In this document: positions 1-8,270 of the stretch, piece after piece
How the letters are laid out: each line of letters opens with the position of its first letter
Position numbering within the stretch: the stretch's first letter is position 1
NCBI GenBank assembly: GCA_963783305.1
Contig: CAWAMW010000011.1
Coordinates: forward strand, 64,001-128,000
Source: an uncultured Gemmatimonadales bacterium
GTDB taxonomy: Bacteria > Gemmatimonadota > Gemmatimonadetes > Longimicrobiales > RSA9
DNA length: 64,000 nucleotides
Reading direction: 5' to 3'
Program-made: the position numbers and the translations under genes
Notes under the pieces: generated by a model
Seen by the model: the letters and a program-made list of their open reading frames with translations, nothing else
Told to the model about the DNA's origin: nothing
The model's database searches: none

Positions 1-2
1 CG

Positions 3-179
3 GTCGCCGCCCGGACCCTGGCCGGCCGCGAGGACCGGTTCACGCAGATGATCGAGGAAAGCGCGGCCGGCGAGCGCCTGGCCGAGATCGGCCGCGCTGA
101 GGACCTGGCGTTTTGTGCGCAGGTGGACCGAACGGATGTCCTGCCCCGGCTCCGCGACCGCAAGATCACGGTGGAGTAG
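3..179 (+). CDS. comB: C-terminal fragment of a probable 2-phosphosulfolactate phosphatase-family protein (partial, 5' end outside window)
   Basis: Frame from nt 3 reads VAARTLAG...ESAAGERLAEIGRAEDLAFCAQVDRTDVLP...VE-stop (TAG 177-179), resembling the ComB C-terminal S..G..L..lG...Dl.fCa..D...vlP pattern; abuts the ftsK ATG at 181. Confidence 0.55.
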   Translation, partial: VAARTLAGREDRFTQMIEESAAGERLAEIGRAEDLAFCAQVDRTDVLPRLRDRKITVE

Positions 180-180
180 C

Positions 181-2559
181 ATGGCCGGGAAGAAGAAGAA
201 GGAAGAGGCGGCGCAGCTGCTGACGGACCGGCAGCGCCGGGACCTGCTGGGGCTGGCGTTGGCGCTCCTGGCGCTGTTCACCGCCCTCAGCCTGGTCCCG
301 CCCCGCGCGCTCGGCCTGGAGCCAGGGGCCGCCAGGAACCTCATGGGAGTGGTGGGCGCCACGTTCGAGTACGGCGGCCGCGTGTTCCTGGGGGCGGGCG
401 TCTGGCTCGTCCCCCTCCTTCCCGCCCTGGGCGCCCTCGCCGCCTTCGGTCTCCGCCCGTCGCTCTCACTCAGGTGGATGCTGCTCACGCTGGTCATCGC
501 CCTCCTCCTCCCGATCTCCATCGGCATCCTGGCGGCAGAGAGCGCTGTGGGTGCCGGCGTGTGGGGCGCCAGCATCAGCGGCCCGCTGGTGGCGGGGCTC
601 GGAGTGGCGGGCGCGACCATGCTGGTGGCCTTCGCGGCCATTGCCGCCAGCATCCTGACCATCGGCTGGAACCCCGTACGGACCGCCGCGGGTGGTACTT
701 CACGGGGCGCACGAGCGCTGCGGGGCGCAATGGGTACCGTGGATCCCGCGGCGGTCTCGGGGCCGTTCCGGCGGCTGCTTTCCTCGGCCCGTGCCCGTCG
801 TGAAGCCGCCACGGATGACGTGGGGCTGCTCCCGCCGGAGCCGGACGTGGCGCCGCGGGGGCCGGGGGTGGCCGACGCCGCGTCGTCGAAGCGGACGAAG
901 GGTGGAACGTCCGGCGGGAAGCGCGGGTCCGAGTCCGCCGGCGCGACCCCGTTCGAGGGACCGATACACGCCGGGCCCGCCGGCGCCTCGCCACCGCTTC
1001 CGCTTCTCCACGAAAAGCCGCCCCGTGATCCGGCGCTGACCACCCGGGAACTGGATCGCCTGGGCGGTGTGCTGGTGGAAACGCTGGCCACGTTCCGCGT
1101 GGAGGGGGAGATCATCGGCCGCACCACGGGCCCCGTGGTCACGCAGTACGAGTTCGCGCCGGCGCCCGGCATCAAGGTGAGCCGGGTCGAGGCGTTGGAC
1201 GCGGACCTCGCGCTCGCGCTGAAGGCGCCGAGCGTGCGGATCGTGGCGCCCATCCCCGGGAAGGCGGCGGTTGGGGTGGAGGTGCCGAACCCCGAGCCGG
1301 ACGTGGTCTACCTCCGCGAGATCGTCGAGGCGGCGGGGTTTCAGCGCCACCGGGGTCAGCTTCCGCTCGCGCTCGGGAAGGACCTGGAGGGCAGGCCCTA
1401 CGTGGCGGACCTGGCCAAGATGCCGCACCTGCTCATCGCGGGCGCGACGGGCTCGGGCAAGTCGGTGTGCATCAACACGATCATCACCAGCCTCGTCTAC
1501 CGCCACTCCCCCGAGACCCTGCGTCTGCTGCTGGTCGACCCGAAGATGGTCGAGCTCAACATGTACGACGACCTGCCGCACCTCCGACACCCCGTCGTCA
1601 CCGACCCCGAGGACGCCGCCCTCGTGCTCCGCTGGGCCGTCTACGAGATGGAACGACGCTACGAGCTGCTGTCCCAGAACAGCGTGCGCTCCATCGCCGA
1701 GTTCAACGCCCGCGTGGACGAGGGAAAGACGCTCCGCCGCGCCGAGCCCGACGGCCCGGAGGGTGATCCAGACCGCTGGATCTGGAACGACGGCAAGCTG
1801 CCCTACGTGGTCGTGGTGGTGGACGAGCTCGCCGACCTCATGATGTCGGTGCAGTCGGACATCGAGCGGCCCCTCGCCCAGCTGGCGCAGAAGGCGCGCG
1901 CCATCGGCATTCACCTGATCGTCGCTACACAGCGGCCGAGCGTGAACGTCATCACCGGCCTCATCAAGGCCAATTTCCCCTGTAGGATAGGGTTCCGGGT
2001 CAGCTCGAAGGTCGATTCCCGCACCATTCTCGACCAGAACGGCGCCGACGCGCTCCTCGGGAACGGCGACATGCTCTTCCTCCCGCCGGGAACCTCGGAC
2101 CCCGTGCGGGTGCAGGGTGCGTTCGTCTCCACGGAGGAGACCGAGCGGCTGATGGGCTGGTACCGGGAGCAGGAGGAGCTGCGCAGTGATCGGCCGGAGC
2201 GCGATATCCTGGAGGTCGTCCGGGAGAAGGACCAGGAGGCGGCCGGAAACGTGGCGGACGAGGTGCTCGAGGAGTGGGACGAGCTCTTCCGCCAGGCCGC
2301 GGAGGTCTGCATCCAGCACGAGCAGGGCTCCACCTCGCTGCTCCAGCGGCGGCTCCGCGTGGGCTACGGCCGCGCCGCCCGCATCGTCGACCAGCTCGAG
2401 CACGCCGGGATCATCGGCCCCCCCGATGGCTCCAAGCCGCGCGATGTTCTCGTGGGCATGGACGGCCTCGACCTGTTGATCGCCGGCCACAGCGAGGGCC
2501 CCGAGCACCACCGCGAGGAAGAGGATCAGCCGGAGCCCCTCGAGCCCGCCGAAGGCTAG
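181..2559 (+). CDS. ftsK: DNA translocase FtsK
   Basis: N-terminal 4-TM region, Walker A GATGSGKS, VVVDELADLM, ATQRPS, gamma domain STSLLQRRLRVGYGRAARIVDQLE; start placed at ATG 181 directly after the upstream stop. Confidence 0.97.
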   Translation: MAGKKKKEEAAQLLTDRQRRDLLGLALALLALFTALSLVPPRALGLEPGAARNLMGVVGATFEYGGRVFLGAGVWLVPLLPALGALAAFGLRPSLSLRWMLLTLVIALLLPISIGILAAESAVGAGVWGASISGPLVAGLGVAGATMLVAFAAIAASILTIGWNPVRTAAGGTSRGARALRGAMGTVDPAAVSGPFRRLLSSARARREAATDDVGLLPPEPDVAPRGPGVADAASSKRTKGGTSGGKRGSESAGATPFEGPIHAGPAGASPPLPLLHEKPPRDPALTTRELDRLGGVLVETLATFRVEGEIIGRTTGPVVTQYEFAPAPGIKVSRVEALDADLALALKAPSVRIVAPIPGKAAVGVEVPNPEPDVVYLREIVEAAGFQRHRGQLPLALGKDLEGRPYVADLAKMPHLLIAGATGSGKSVCINTIITSLVYRHSPETLRLLLVDPKMVELNMYDDLPHLRHPVVTDPEDAALVLRWAVYEMERRYELLSQNSVRSIAEFNARVDEGKTLRRAEPDGPEGDPDRWIWNDGKLPYVVVVVDELADLMMSVQSDIERPLAQLAQKARAIGIHLIVATQRPSVNVITGLIKANFPCRIGFRVSSKVDSRTILDQNGADALLGNGDMLFLPPGTSDPVRVQGAFVSTEETERLMGWYREQEELRSDRPERDILEVVREKDQEAAGNVADEVLEEWDELFRQAAEVCIQHEQGSTSLLQRRLRVGYGRAARIVDQLEHAGIIGPPDGSKPRDVLVGMDGLDLLIAGHSEGPEHHREEEDQPEPLEPAEG

Positions 2560-2610
2560 GAACGCCACCCCGCGGGACGGGTATCCAGGATCGGACCGAA
2601 GGGAAGCTCG

Positions 2611-3615
2611 ATGAACGGACGGTATCGGATCGTGGAACGCATGGCCTCGCTGCTAATGATCGCTCTCCTGCTCGCCGCCTGCGGGCAGGGAGAGGCGCGC
2701 GCGGACGGTGACTCGCCCAACGCCCCCCGCACCCGGGCCCCCGTAGCGGGCTCAGCCGCAGAACTCGGTGGGGCGGCCGATCGAGGCGCCAACGGCGCCT
2801 CCGATAGCGGCCGCGCCGAGTCTTTGGCCACGTCGTCAGAGGCCCCGGCGGCGGACCGTGAGACCCGCGGCCGCGGTGCCGGCGAAGCCCCGGTCTCCGA
2901 AACCCCGCTCCGCGAAGCCGCCGCACCCGCGACGTCCACGTCTCCCGCGCGGTCGGCCGCCGGGTCTGAAGGCGACGCGGCGGTGCAGGAGGGAGCGAGC
3001 GGGACCGAAGCGGGAGAGATCCCGTCGGCCGGATCGTCGCGGCAGGAGGAGGTCCTCCGGGCCACGTCCCGCGCCTACGAGGGGCTCCGGTCCTTCCGCG
3101 CCACGTTCGAGCAGACGCTGGAGAATACGCTGCTCGGCCGGACCACGCGCTCGGAGGGCACCTTGTTCCAGCGTCAGCCCGACCGCTTCCTCATGCGGTT
3201 CTCGGATCCCGCCGGCGACGTCATCGTGAGCGATGGCGACTACTTCTGGATGTATTTCCCGAGTGTGGACGCCAAGCAGGTGATCAGGACCCGCCGCGGC
3301 GGTCAGGGTCTGGACCTCCGTTCGCAGTTCATCGGGGACCCCGTGCGTCGCTTCGCCGCCACCTCCCACGGCACGGAGGCGGTCCGCGGCCGCGAGGCGC
3401 ACGTCATGACGCTGGTACCGCGAGAGCAGCTCGGGTACCAGCGCCTGAAGGTCTGGATCGACGCGCGTGATTACCTGGTTCGGCGTTTCGAGCTCACCGA
3501 GAACAACGGCAACATCCGCCGGTTCGTCCTCTCCGACCTGGCCACGAACCCAACGCTCCCTGACGAGCTCTTCCAGTTCACGCCGCCCGCCGGCGCACAG
3601 GTGGTGGAGCGCTGA
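2611..3615 (+). CDS. lolA: LolA-family outer-membrane lipoprotein carrier with N-terminal lipobox and long low-complexity linker
   Basis: C-terminal domain FRATFEQ..GTLFQRQPDRF..IVSDGDYFWMY..LFQFTPPAGAQVV; conserved position after ftsK; LLLAAC lipobox; start could be ATG 2641. Confidence 0.85.
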   Translation: MNGRYRIVERMASLLMIALLLAACGQGEARADGDSPNAPRTRAPVAGSAAELGGAADRGANGASDSGRAESLATSSEAPAADRETRGRGAGEAPVSETPLREAAAPATSTSPARSAAGSEGDAAVQEGASGTEAGEIPSAGSSRQEEVLRATSRAYEGLRSFRATFEQTLENTLLGRTTRSEGTLFQRQPDRFLMRFSDPAGDVIVSDGDYFWMYFPSVDAKQVIRTRRGGQGLDLRSQFIGDPVRRFAATSHGTEAVRGREAHVMTLVPREQLGYQRLKVWIDARDYLVRRFELTENNGNIRRFVLSDLATNPTLPDELFQFTPPAGAQVVER

Positions 3616-5285
3616 TGGGGGGAGCGGGTCGCAGGTCGCTCCCCGTACTCCCGTCGGGCGGCGCGGACGCCGCCGCTACGCGAACCGCACGGGCGGTGGA
3701 GCACGCGGTGGCGGAGGCGGGACGGACCACCGCGCTGGAAACAGGCGGGACGGTGCGCGTGGCCATGGTGACGCTCGGCTGCGACAAGAACACGGTGGAC
3801 AGCGAGCGTATCCTCAGCACGCTCCTCGGCGCCGGTATCCAGCTGGCCGACTCCCCGGACGACGCCGACGTGATCCTGGTGAACACGTGCGGCTTCATCG
3901 AGATGGCGAAGCAGGAGTCCATCGATACGCTGCTCGACGCCGCCCGGCTGAAGGAGCAGGGCCGGGTGAAGGCGGTGGTGGGCATGGGGTGTCTGGTCCA
4001 GCGGTACAAGCCGGAGCTGGAGGAGGAGATGCCGGAGGTGGACCTCTTCCTCGGGCTCACCGACGTGGACCGGCTCGTGCCCGAGCTGGTGCGCCGGGGC
4101 CTTGTGGACGAGGCCACGCCCCTCATGGAGCAGCCGCTCCGGGTGCTGAGCAGCGCCACCGGCCCCGCCCACAGCTCGCACCTCAAGATCAGCGAGGGCT
4201 GCGACCACACGTGCGCGTTCTGCGCCATCCCGCTCATGCGCGGGAAGTTCCGCTCCACGCCCATCGACGTGCTGGTGCGGGAGGCGCAGGAGCTGGAGCG
4301 ACGCGGCGTGGTGGAGCTCAACATCGTGAGCCAGGACACCACGTGGTACGGCCGCGACTGGGCCCGGGCCCTCGCCCGTGGCGAAGAGGCGCCGGTGTGG
4401 AGCGCCAGCGGAGGGAGCTGGTATCTCGGGCGCGAGTTCGACGCCATGCCCAACCGGAGCCCCCACGCCCCGCCGCCGGCCGACGATCCGCCCGACGCCG
4501 CGTCCGCCGCGCTGTCCTACCGCGACGCCCAGGGGCCCGTCCGGCCCGGCCCGATCAGCCTCGAGGGCGTCACGCGGACGGGAGCGCTCCCGCTCCTCCT
4601 CCGCACACTCCTGGCCGAGACATCAATGCCGTGGCTCCGGCTCTTCTACATGTACCCGTCGGGGATCACGGAGGAGCTCGTGGACGTCCTGGCGGGGAGC
4701 CACCGGATCCTGCCATACCTGGACATGCCGATCCAGCACGGCTCCGACAGCGTCCTCCAGCGGATGCGCCGGCCGGAGCGCCGGTCTACCATCCTGGAGC
4801 GGGTCGAGTGGCTGCGCTCGGCGATCCCCGACCTGGCGCTTCGGACCACCGCCATCGTCGGATTCCCCGGCGAGACGGAAGAAGACTTCGAGTCGCTCCT
4901 GGAGCTCCTGGAGGAGGTGCGATTCGACCACCTCGGCGCTTTCGCTTACTCTGAGGAGGACGACACCGCCGCCGCCACCATGGTGGGGCAGGTGCCGAAA
5001 TCTGTTCGGCGGGAAAGGCTGGAGCGGCTCATGGACGTGCAGCGCGACATCACGCTCGAGAAGAACGAGGCCCGCGTGGGCACCCGCACCACTGTGCTCA
5101 TTGATGAGCGGACCGAGGAGGGCGCCATGGCCCGCGCGCCCTGGCAGGCGCCGGAGGTGGACGGGATCGTGGAAATCGACGAGCCGGGCGCGGCCGGAGC
5201 GGAGCTGCTCGTCCCCGGAGGCTTCGTGGAGGTCGAGATCACGGGCGCGACCGAGCTGGACCTGACGGCGCGGGGGGTGGAATGA
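3615..5285 (+). CDS. rimO: Ribosomal protein S12 methylthiotransferase RimO, with internal insertion
   Basis: TLGCDKN..DSE, NTCGFI, GCL, radical-SAM GCDHTCAFC, YLDMPIQH, TRAM domain QAPEVDG; start uncertain (ATG overlapping the lolA stop, or a later GTG). Confidence 0.93.
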   Translation: MGGAGRRSLPVLPSGGADAAATRTARAVEHAVAEAGRTTALETGGTVRVAMVTLGCDKNTVDSERILSTLLGAGIQLADSPDDADVILVNTCGFIEMAKQESIDTLLDAARLKEQGRVKAVVGMGCLVQRYKPELEEEMPEVDLFLGLTDVDRLVPELVRRGLVDEATPLMEQPLRVLSSATGPAHSSHLKISEGCDHTCAFCAIPLMRGKFRSTPIDVLVREAQELERRGVVELNIVSQDTTWYGRDWARALARGEEAPVWSASGGSWYLGREFDAMPNRSPHAPPPADDPPDAASAALSYRDAQGPVRPGPISLEGVTRTGALPLLLRTLLAETSMPWLRLFYMYPSGITEELVDVLAGSHRILPYLDMPIQHGSDSVLQRMRRPERRSTILERVEWLRSAIPDLALRTTAIVGFPGETEEDFESLLELLEEVRFDHLGAFAYSEEDDTAAATMVGQVPKSVRRERLERLMDVQRDITLEKNEARVGTRTTVLIDERTEEGAMARAPWQAPEVDGIVEIDEPGAAGAELLVPGGFVEVEITGATELDLTARGVE

Positions 5286-6550
5286 AGGCGGCGTGCGCGG
5301 TCCGGGCCACCACGCGGGCGGGGCTGCTGCTGTCCACCCTGCTGGTCGGCGCGTGCACCGTGGCCGGCCCGAGGCCCGGCGGCCCGGCACCCGTCGAGGA
5401 GCCGCCCGTCGCGGCGCTCCGGGCGGAGCCCGAGGTCCGGATCGGTCTGAGGGTGGATGTGGCGTCGGTGGAGCTGGGCGGCACCGGCAGGATCGAGGTG
5501 GTGGACGACGCGGGCCGGGTGCGCGCCAGCGGCCCGGGCCCGTGGACCGTTCGGCTGGTCGACGGGGGTCTGGAGCTCCAGAACGGCGGCGAGACGGTCC
5601 GCTCCACGGGCGTCCTCATCGCCCGACCCGCCGGGGGGCAGGTGCGGGTGGATGGGAAGCGGTATCGGGGCGCGATCCTGCTGCGCCGCGGCGCTTCCGG
5701 TGTGACCGCGGCCAACGTACTGGACATGGAGACGTACCTGCTCGGCGTGGTCCCGCACGAGATCGGGGCCGGCCGCCCACCGGAAGAGGTGGAGGCGGTG
5801 AAGGCGCAGGCGATCGCGGCCCGAACCTACGCCGTCCGGCACATGGGCCGCCGCGACGCCCTCGGCTTCGATTTCTACGCCACCGTCCAGGACCAGGTAT
5901 ACGGCGGCGCCGAGTCCGAGGACCCGGTTTCGACCGATGCGGTCCGGGCCACGGCCGGTGAGGTCATCACCTTCGAGGGCGAGCCCATCGAAGCGTATTA
6001 CCACTCCACGTGCGGAGGCCGCACCGCCGCGCTGCACGAGGTGTGGCCGGGATCGCCGCGGCCCTACCTCCAGTCCGTTTCGGACCGCCGCCCCGACGGC
6101 GGGTGGTTCTGCGAGAGCTCCAACCGGTTCCGCTGGACGGAGGAGTGGGACGAGGCCGAGCTGGAGAGCACCCTCACCGCCGCGCTCTCGACCCGCGGGT
6201 GGTCAGGCGCGGTGACGGAAGTCGAGTCCATCGAGGTGACCGAGCGTTCCCCGAGCGGACGCGCCGCACAGCTCCGGCTCCGGACCAACCTCGGTGAGGA
6301 CGTCGTCCCGGGCGACTCGATTCGCTGGCTGCTGCGCCCGGAGCCCAACCGGATCCTGAACAGCACCGCCATAGAGCTCCATACGAGCGGCGACGGGCAC
6401 GTCACGAGGCTCGTGGTGGAGGGCGCCGGGTGGGGCCACGGCATCGGCATGTGCCAGATCGGCGCCCTGGGACGCGCCAGGGCGGGACATTCCTATCGCG
6501 AGATACTCGGGAGCTACTATCCTGGGACCCGAATCGTTCGACTCTATTGA
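5282..6550 (+). CDS. SpoIID/LytB-domain lipoprotein (lytic transglycosylase-like)
   Basis: YLLGVVPHE, EAVKAQAIAARTYA, DQVYGG, YHSTCGG, GWGHGIGMCQIGA, ILGSYYPGT; LVGAC lipobox. Confidence 0.9.
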   Translation: MKAACAVRATTRAGLLLSTLLVGACTVAGPRPGGPAPVEEPPVAALRAEPEVRIGLRVDVASVELGGTGRIEVVDDAGRVRASGPGPWTVRLVDGGLELQNGGETVRSTGVLIARPAGGQVRVDGKRYRGAILLRRGASGVTAANVLDMETYLLGVVPHEIGAGRPPEEVEAVKAQAIAARTYAVRHMGRRDALGFDFYATVQDQVYGGAESEDPVSTDAVRATAGEVITFEGEPIEAYYHSTCGGRTAALHEVWPGSPRPYLQSVSDRRPDGGWFCESSNRFRWTEEWDEAELESTLTAALSTRGWSGAVTEVESIEVTERSPSGRAAQLRLRTNLGEDVVPGDSIRWLLRPEPNRILNSTAIELHTSGDGHVTRLVVEGAGWGHGIGMCQIGALGRARAGHSYREILGSYYPGTRIVRLY

Positions 6551-6558
6551 GGAGCGCC

Positions 6559-7266
6559 ATGCGCCGCAGCCTGCTCGCCCTGGGAATCGCCATACTCGCC
6601 ATCCACGGCGGGGCCTCCATGGCGGCTGCCCAGACCCTCGAGGACTACGACTACGAGTACCTCACCTTTCGCGGGATCGGCCTGGACGTCGGGTATATCT
6701 GGCCCACCAAGGTCGAGCCCGCGCCGCTGTTCGGGATCCGACTCGACCTCGGCTACCTGGGACCTGGCGTGCGCATCATCCCGTCCATCAGCTACTGGCG
6801 CTCCGAATTCAACGATGAGGAACTCGAGGACCTGGCCATCCGCATCAACGAGCGGCAGCCGGGCGTCGACCTGAGTCCCGAGTCCCTCGGGCCCATCGAG
6901 TGGAGCGACCTGTCGCTCTCCATCGATGGTCACTTCGTCTGGAACACGCCCATCCAGCTGCTCACGTTCGTGGGCGCCGGGCTCGGATTCCACGCCCTGA
7001 ACGGCCAGGGCGCCGCCATCGACGACACGATCGTCGAGGACCTGCTCGACGCCATCAGCACCGGCGCCAGCGTCCTGGCCGGCTTCGAGTACGAGCCGAT
7101 CCAGAGGTTCCGCGTGTACGGGGAAGGGCGATACACGGCCATGAACAGCATGCAATATCTGTCCACGCGCGCCGGCGTCCAGCTCATGTTCGGCGGTACC
7201 GATTCCGCTCGAGTGGGTGCCGCCGTGCCGGTGCCCCCCCTCCTCGGCAGGGGAGTGGCACCATGA
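6559..7266 (+). CDS. Signal-peptide protein, probable small outer-membrane beta-barrel
   Basis: GGAG then ATG 6559; signal peptide ending AAAQ; alternating hydrophobic strands (FGIRLDLG, TFVGAGLGFH, RVYGEGRY, RAGVQLMF). Confidence 0.65.
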   Translation: MRRSLLALGIAILAIHGGASMAAAQTLEDYDYEYLTFRGIGLDVGYIWPTKVEPAPLFGIRLDLGYLGPGVRIIPSISYWRSEFNDEELEDLAIRINERQPGVDLSPESLGPIEWSDLSLSIDGHFVWNTPIQLLTFVGAGLGFHALNGQGAAIDDTIVEDLLDAISTGASVLAGFEYEPIQRFRVYGEGRYTAMNSMQYLSTRAGVQLMFGGTDSARVGAAVPVPPLLGRGVAP

Positions 7267-8270
7267 CCGAGCCCACCCTGAGGATCGGCCTCATCGGCGC
7301 TGGCGCCATCGCGCAGATCGTCCACCTCCCGCTCCTGAAGCAGATGTCCGGCGTGCGGGTCGAGGCCCTCTGCGATGTGCACGACCACAAGGCGCGCGCC
7401 CTCGCCGACCGCCTCGATATCCCCCACGTGTTCCGGAGCCACACCCGGCTGCTCGATTCCGACACCGTGGACGCCGTGGTGATCTGCACGCCCAACCATT
7501 TGCATCACCAGCAGGCCATCGCGGCCCTGAAGGCGGGCAAGCACGTCCTCGTGGAGCGACCCCTCGCCCTGAGCGCCCACGACGCCAGGGCCGTGGTGGC
7601 GGCGGCCGAGAAGGCCGATCGCACGCTCATGGTCGCCTACAACAACCGCTTCCGTCCCGATATCCGCGGTGTGAAGTCCTTCGTCGCGTCCGGTGAGCTG
7701 GGCAAGATCTTCACCATCCACGGTACCTGGTTCAACCGGAAGGTGCGGCCGAAGCGGAAGACCTGGCGCCACGAGCGCGACTCCGGAGGTGGCGCGTTCA
7801 TGGACCTCGGGGTCCAGGTCCTCGATCTCTGTCTGTGGATGCTCGATTACCCCGCGGCCGACCGGGTCTGCGCTCACCTGAATCAGGGCGAGGACATGGA
7901 CGTGGAGGACTCGGCGGCGGTCCTGATCCGCCTCGAGGACGGGACCACCATCTCGGTGCAGGTCACGTGGAGCCTCCTCGGCGACCGCGACCGCCATCAC
8001 GTCCGGCTCCTGGGAACCGCTGGAACGGCTTCCACCGAGCCGCTCAAGGTGATCAAGGAGGCGGAGCACGGAATGCTCAACGTGACGCCGCAGATCACGC
8101 CGGCTCGCGAGAACGCCTACACGGCCTCGTACCGCGAGGAGCTGCGGCAGTTCGTGCAGGCCTCCCTCGGGGCCTCGAAAGTGGAGCTCCCGCGAGAGCA
8201 GGTCGGAGTCATGCGCCTCGTCGAGAGGATCTACCAGTCCGCCGAAAAGGGCGCGGAAGTGCGCGTGTGA
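7263..8270 (+). CDS. Gfo/Idh/MocA-family oxidoreductase with atypical catalytic residues
   Basis: RIGLIGAGAIA Rossmann motif, ICTPNHLH, GKHVLVERPLA, SGGGAFMDLG; ATGA overlap with upstream gene. Confidence 0.9.
   Translation: MTEPTLRIGLIGAGAIAQIVHLPLLKQMSGVRVEALCDVHDHKARALADRLDIPHVFRSHTRLLDSDTVDAVVICTPNHLHHQQAIAALKAGKHVLVERPLALSAHDARAVVAAAEKADRTLMVAYNNRFRPDIRGVKSFVASGELGKIFTIHGTWFNRKVRPKRKTWRHERDSGGGAFMDLGVQVLDLCLWMLDYPAADRVCAHLNQGEDMDVEDSAAVLIRLEDGTTISVQVTWSLLGDRDRHHVRLLGTAGTASTEPLKVIKEAEHGMLNVTPQITPARENAYTASYREELRQFVQASLGASKVELPREQVGVMRLVERIYQSAEKGAEVRV

Noticed and set aside
115..180. Upstream extensions in the ORF track (ftsK from 115; likewise 6430, 6900, 7835, 13130, 26128, 37527, 39702, 53790, 56987)
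   Set aside because: They overlap the preceding real gene; downstream starts with RBS or stop/start coupling fit the family N-termini better.
4359..4580. RimO insertion as an intein or intron
   Set aside because: No N-terminal Cys/Ser or C-terminal His-Asn, too short for an intein, in frame, and no intron-like structure seen.
5282..6550. Sporulation system (SpoIID plus SpoIIAA/AB/E-like genes)
   Set aside because: These domain families are widespread in non-sporulating diderms; lol/lnt genes indicate an outer membrane, and no spo0A or sporulation sigma factors are present.
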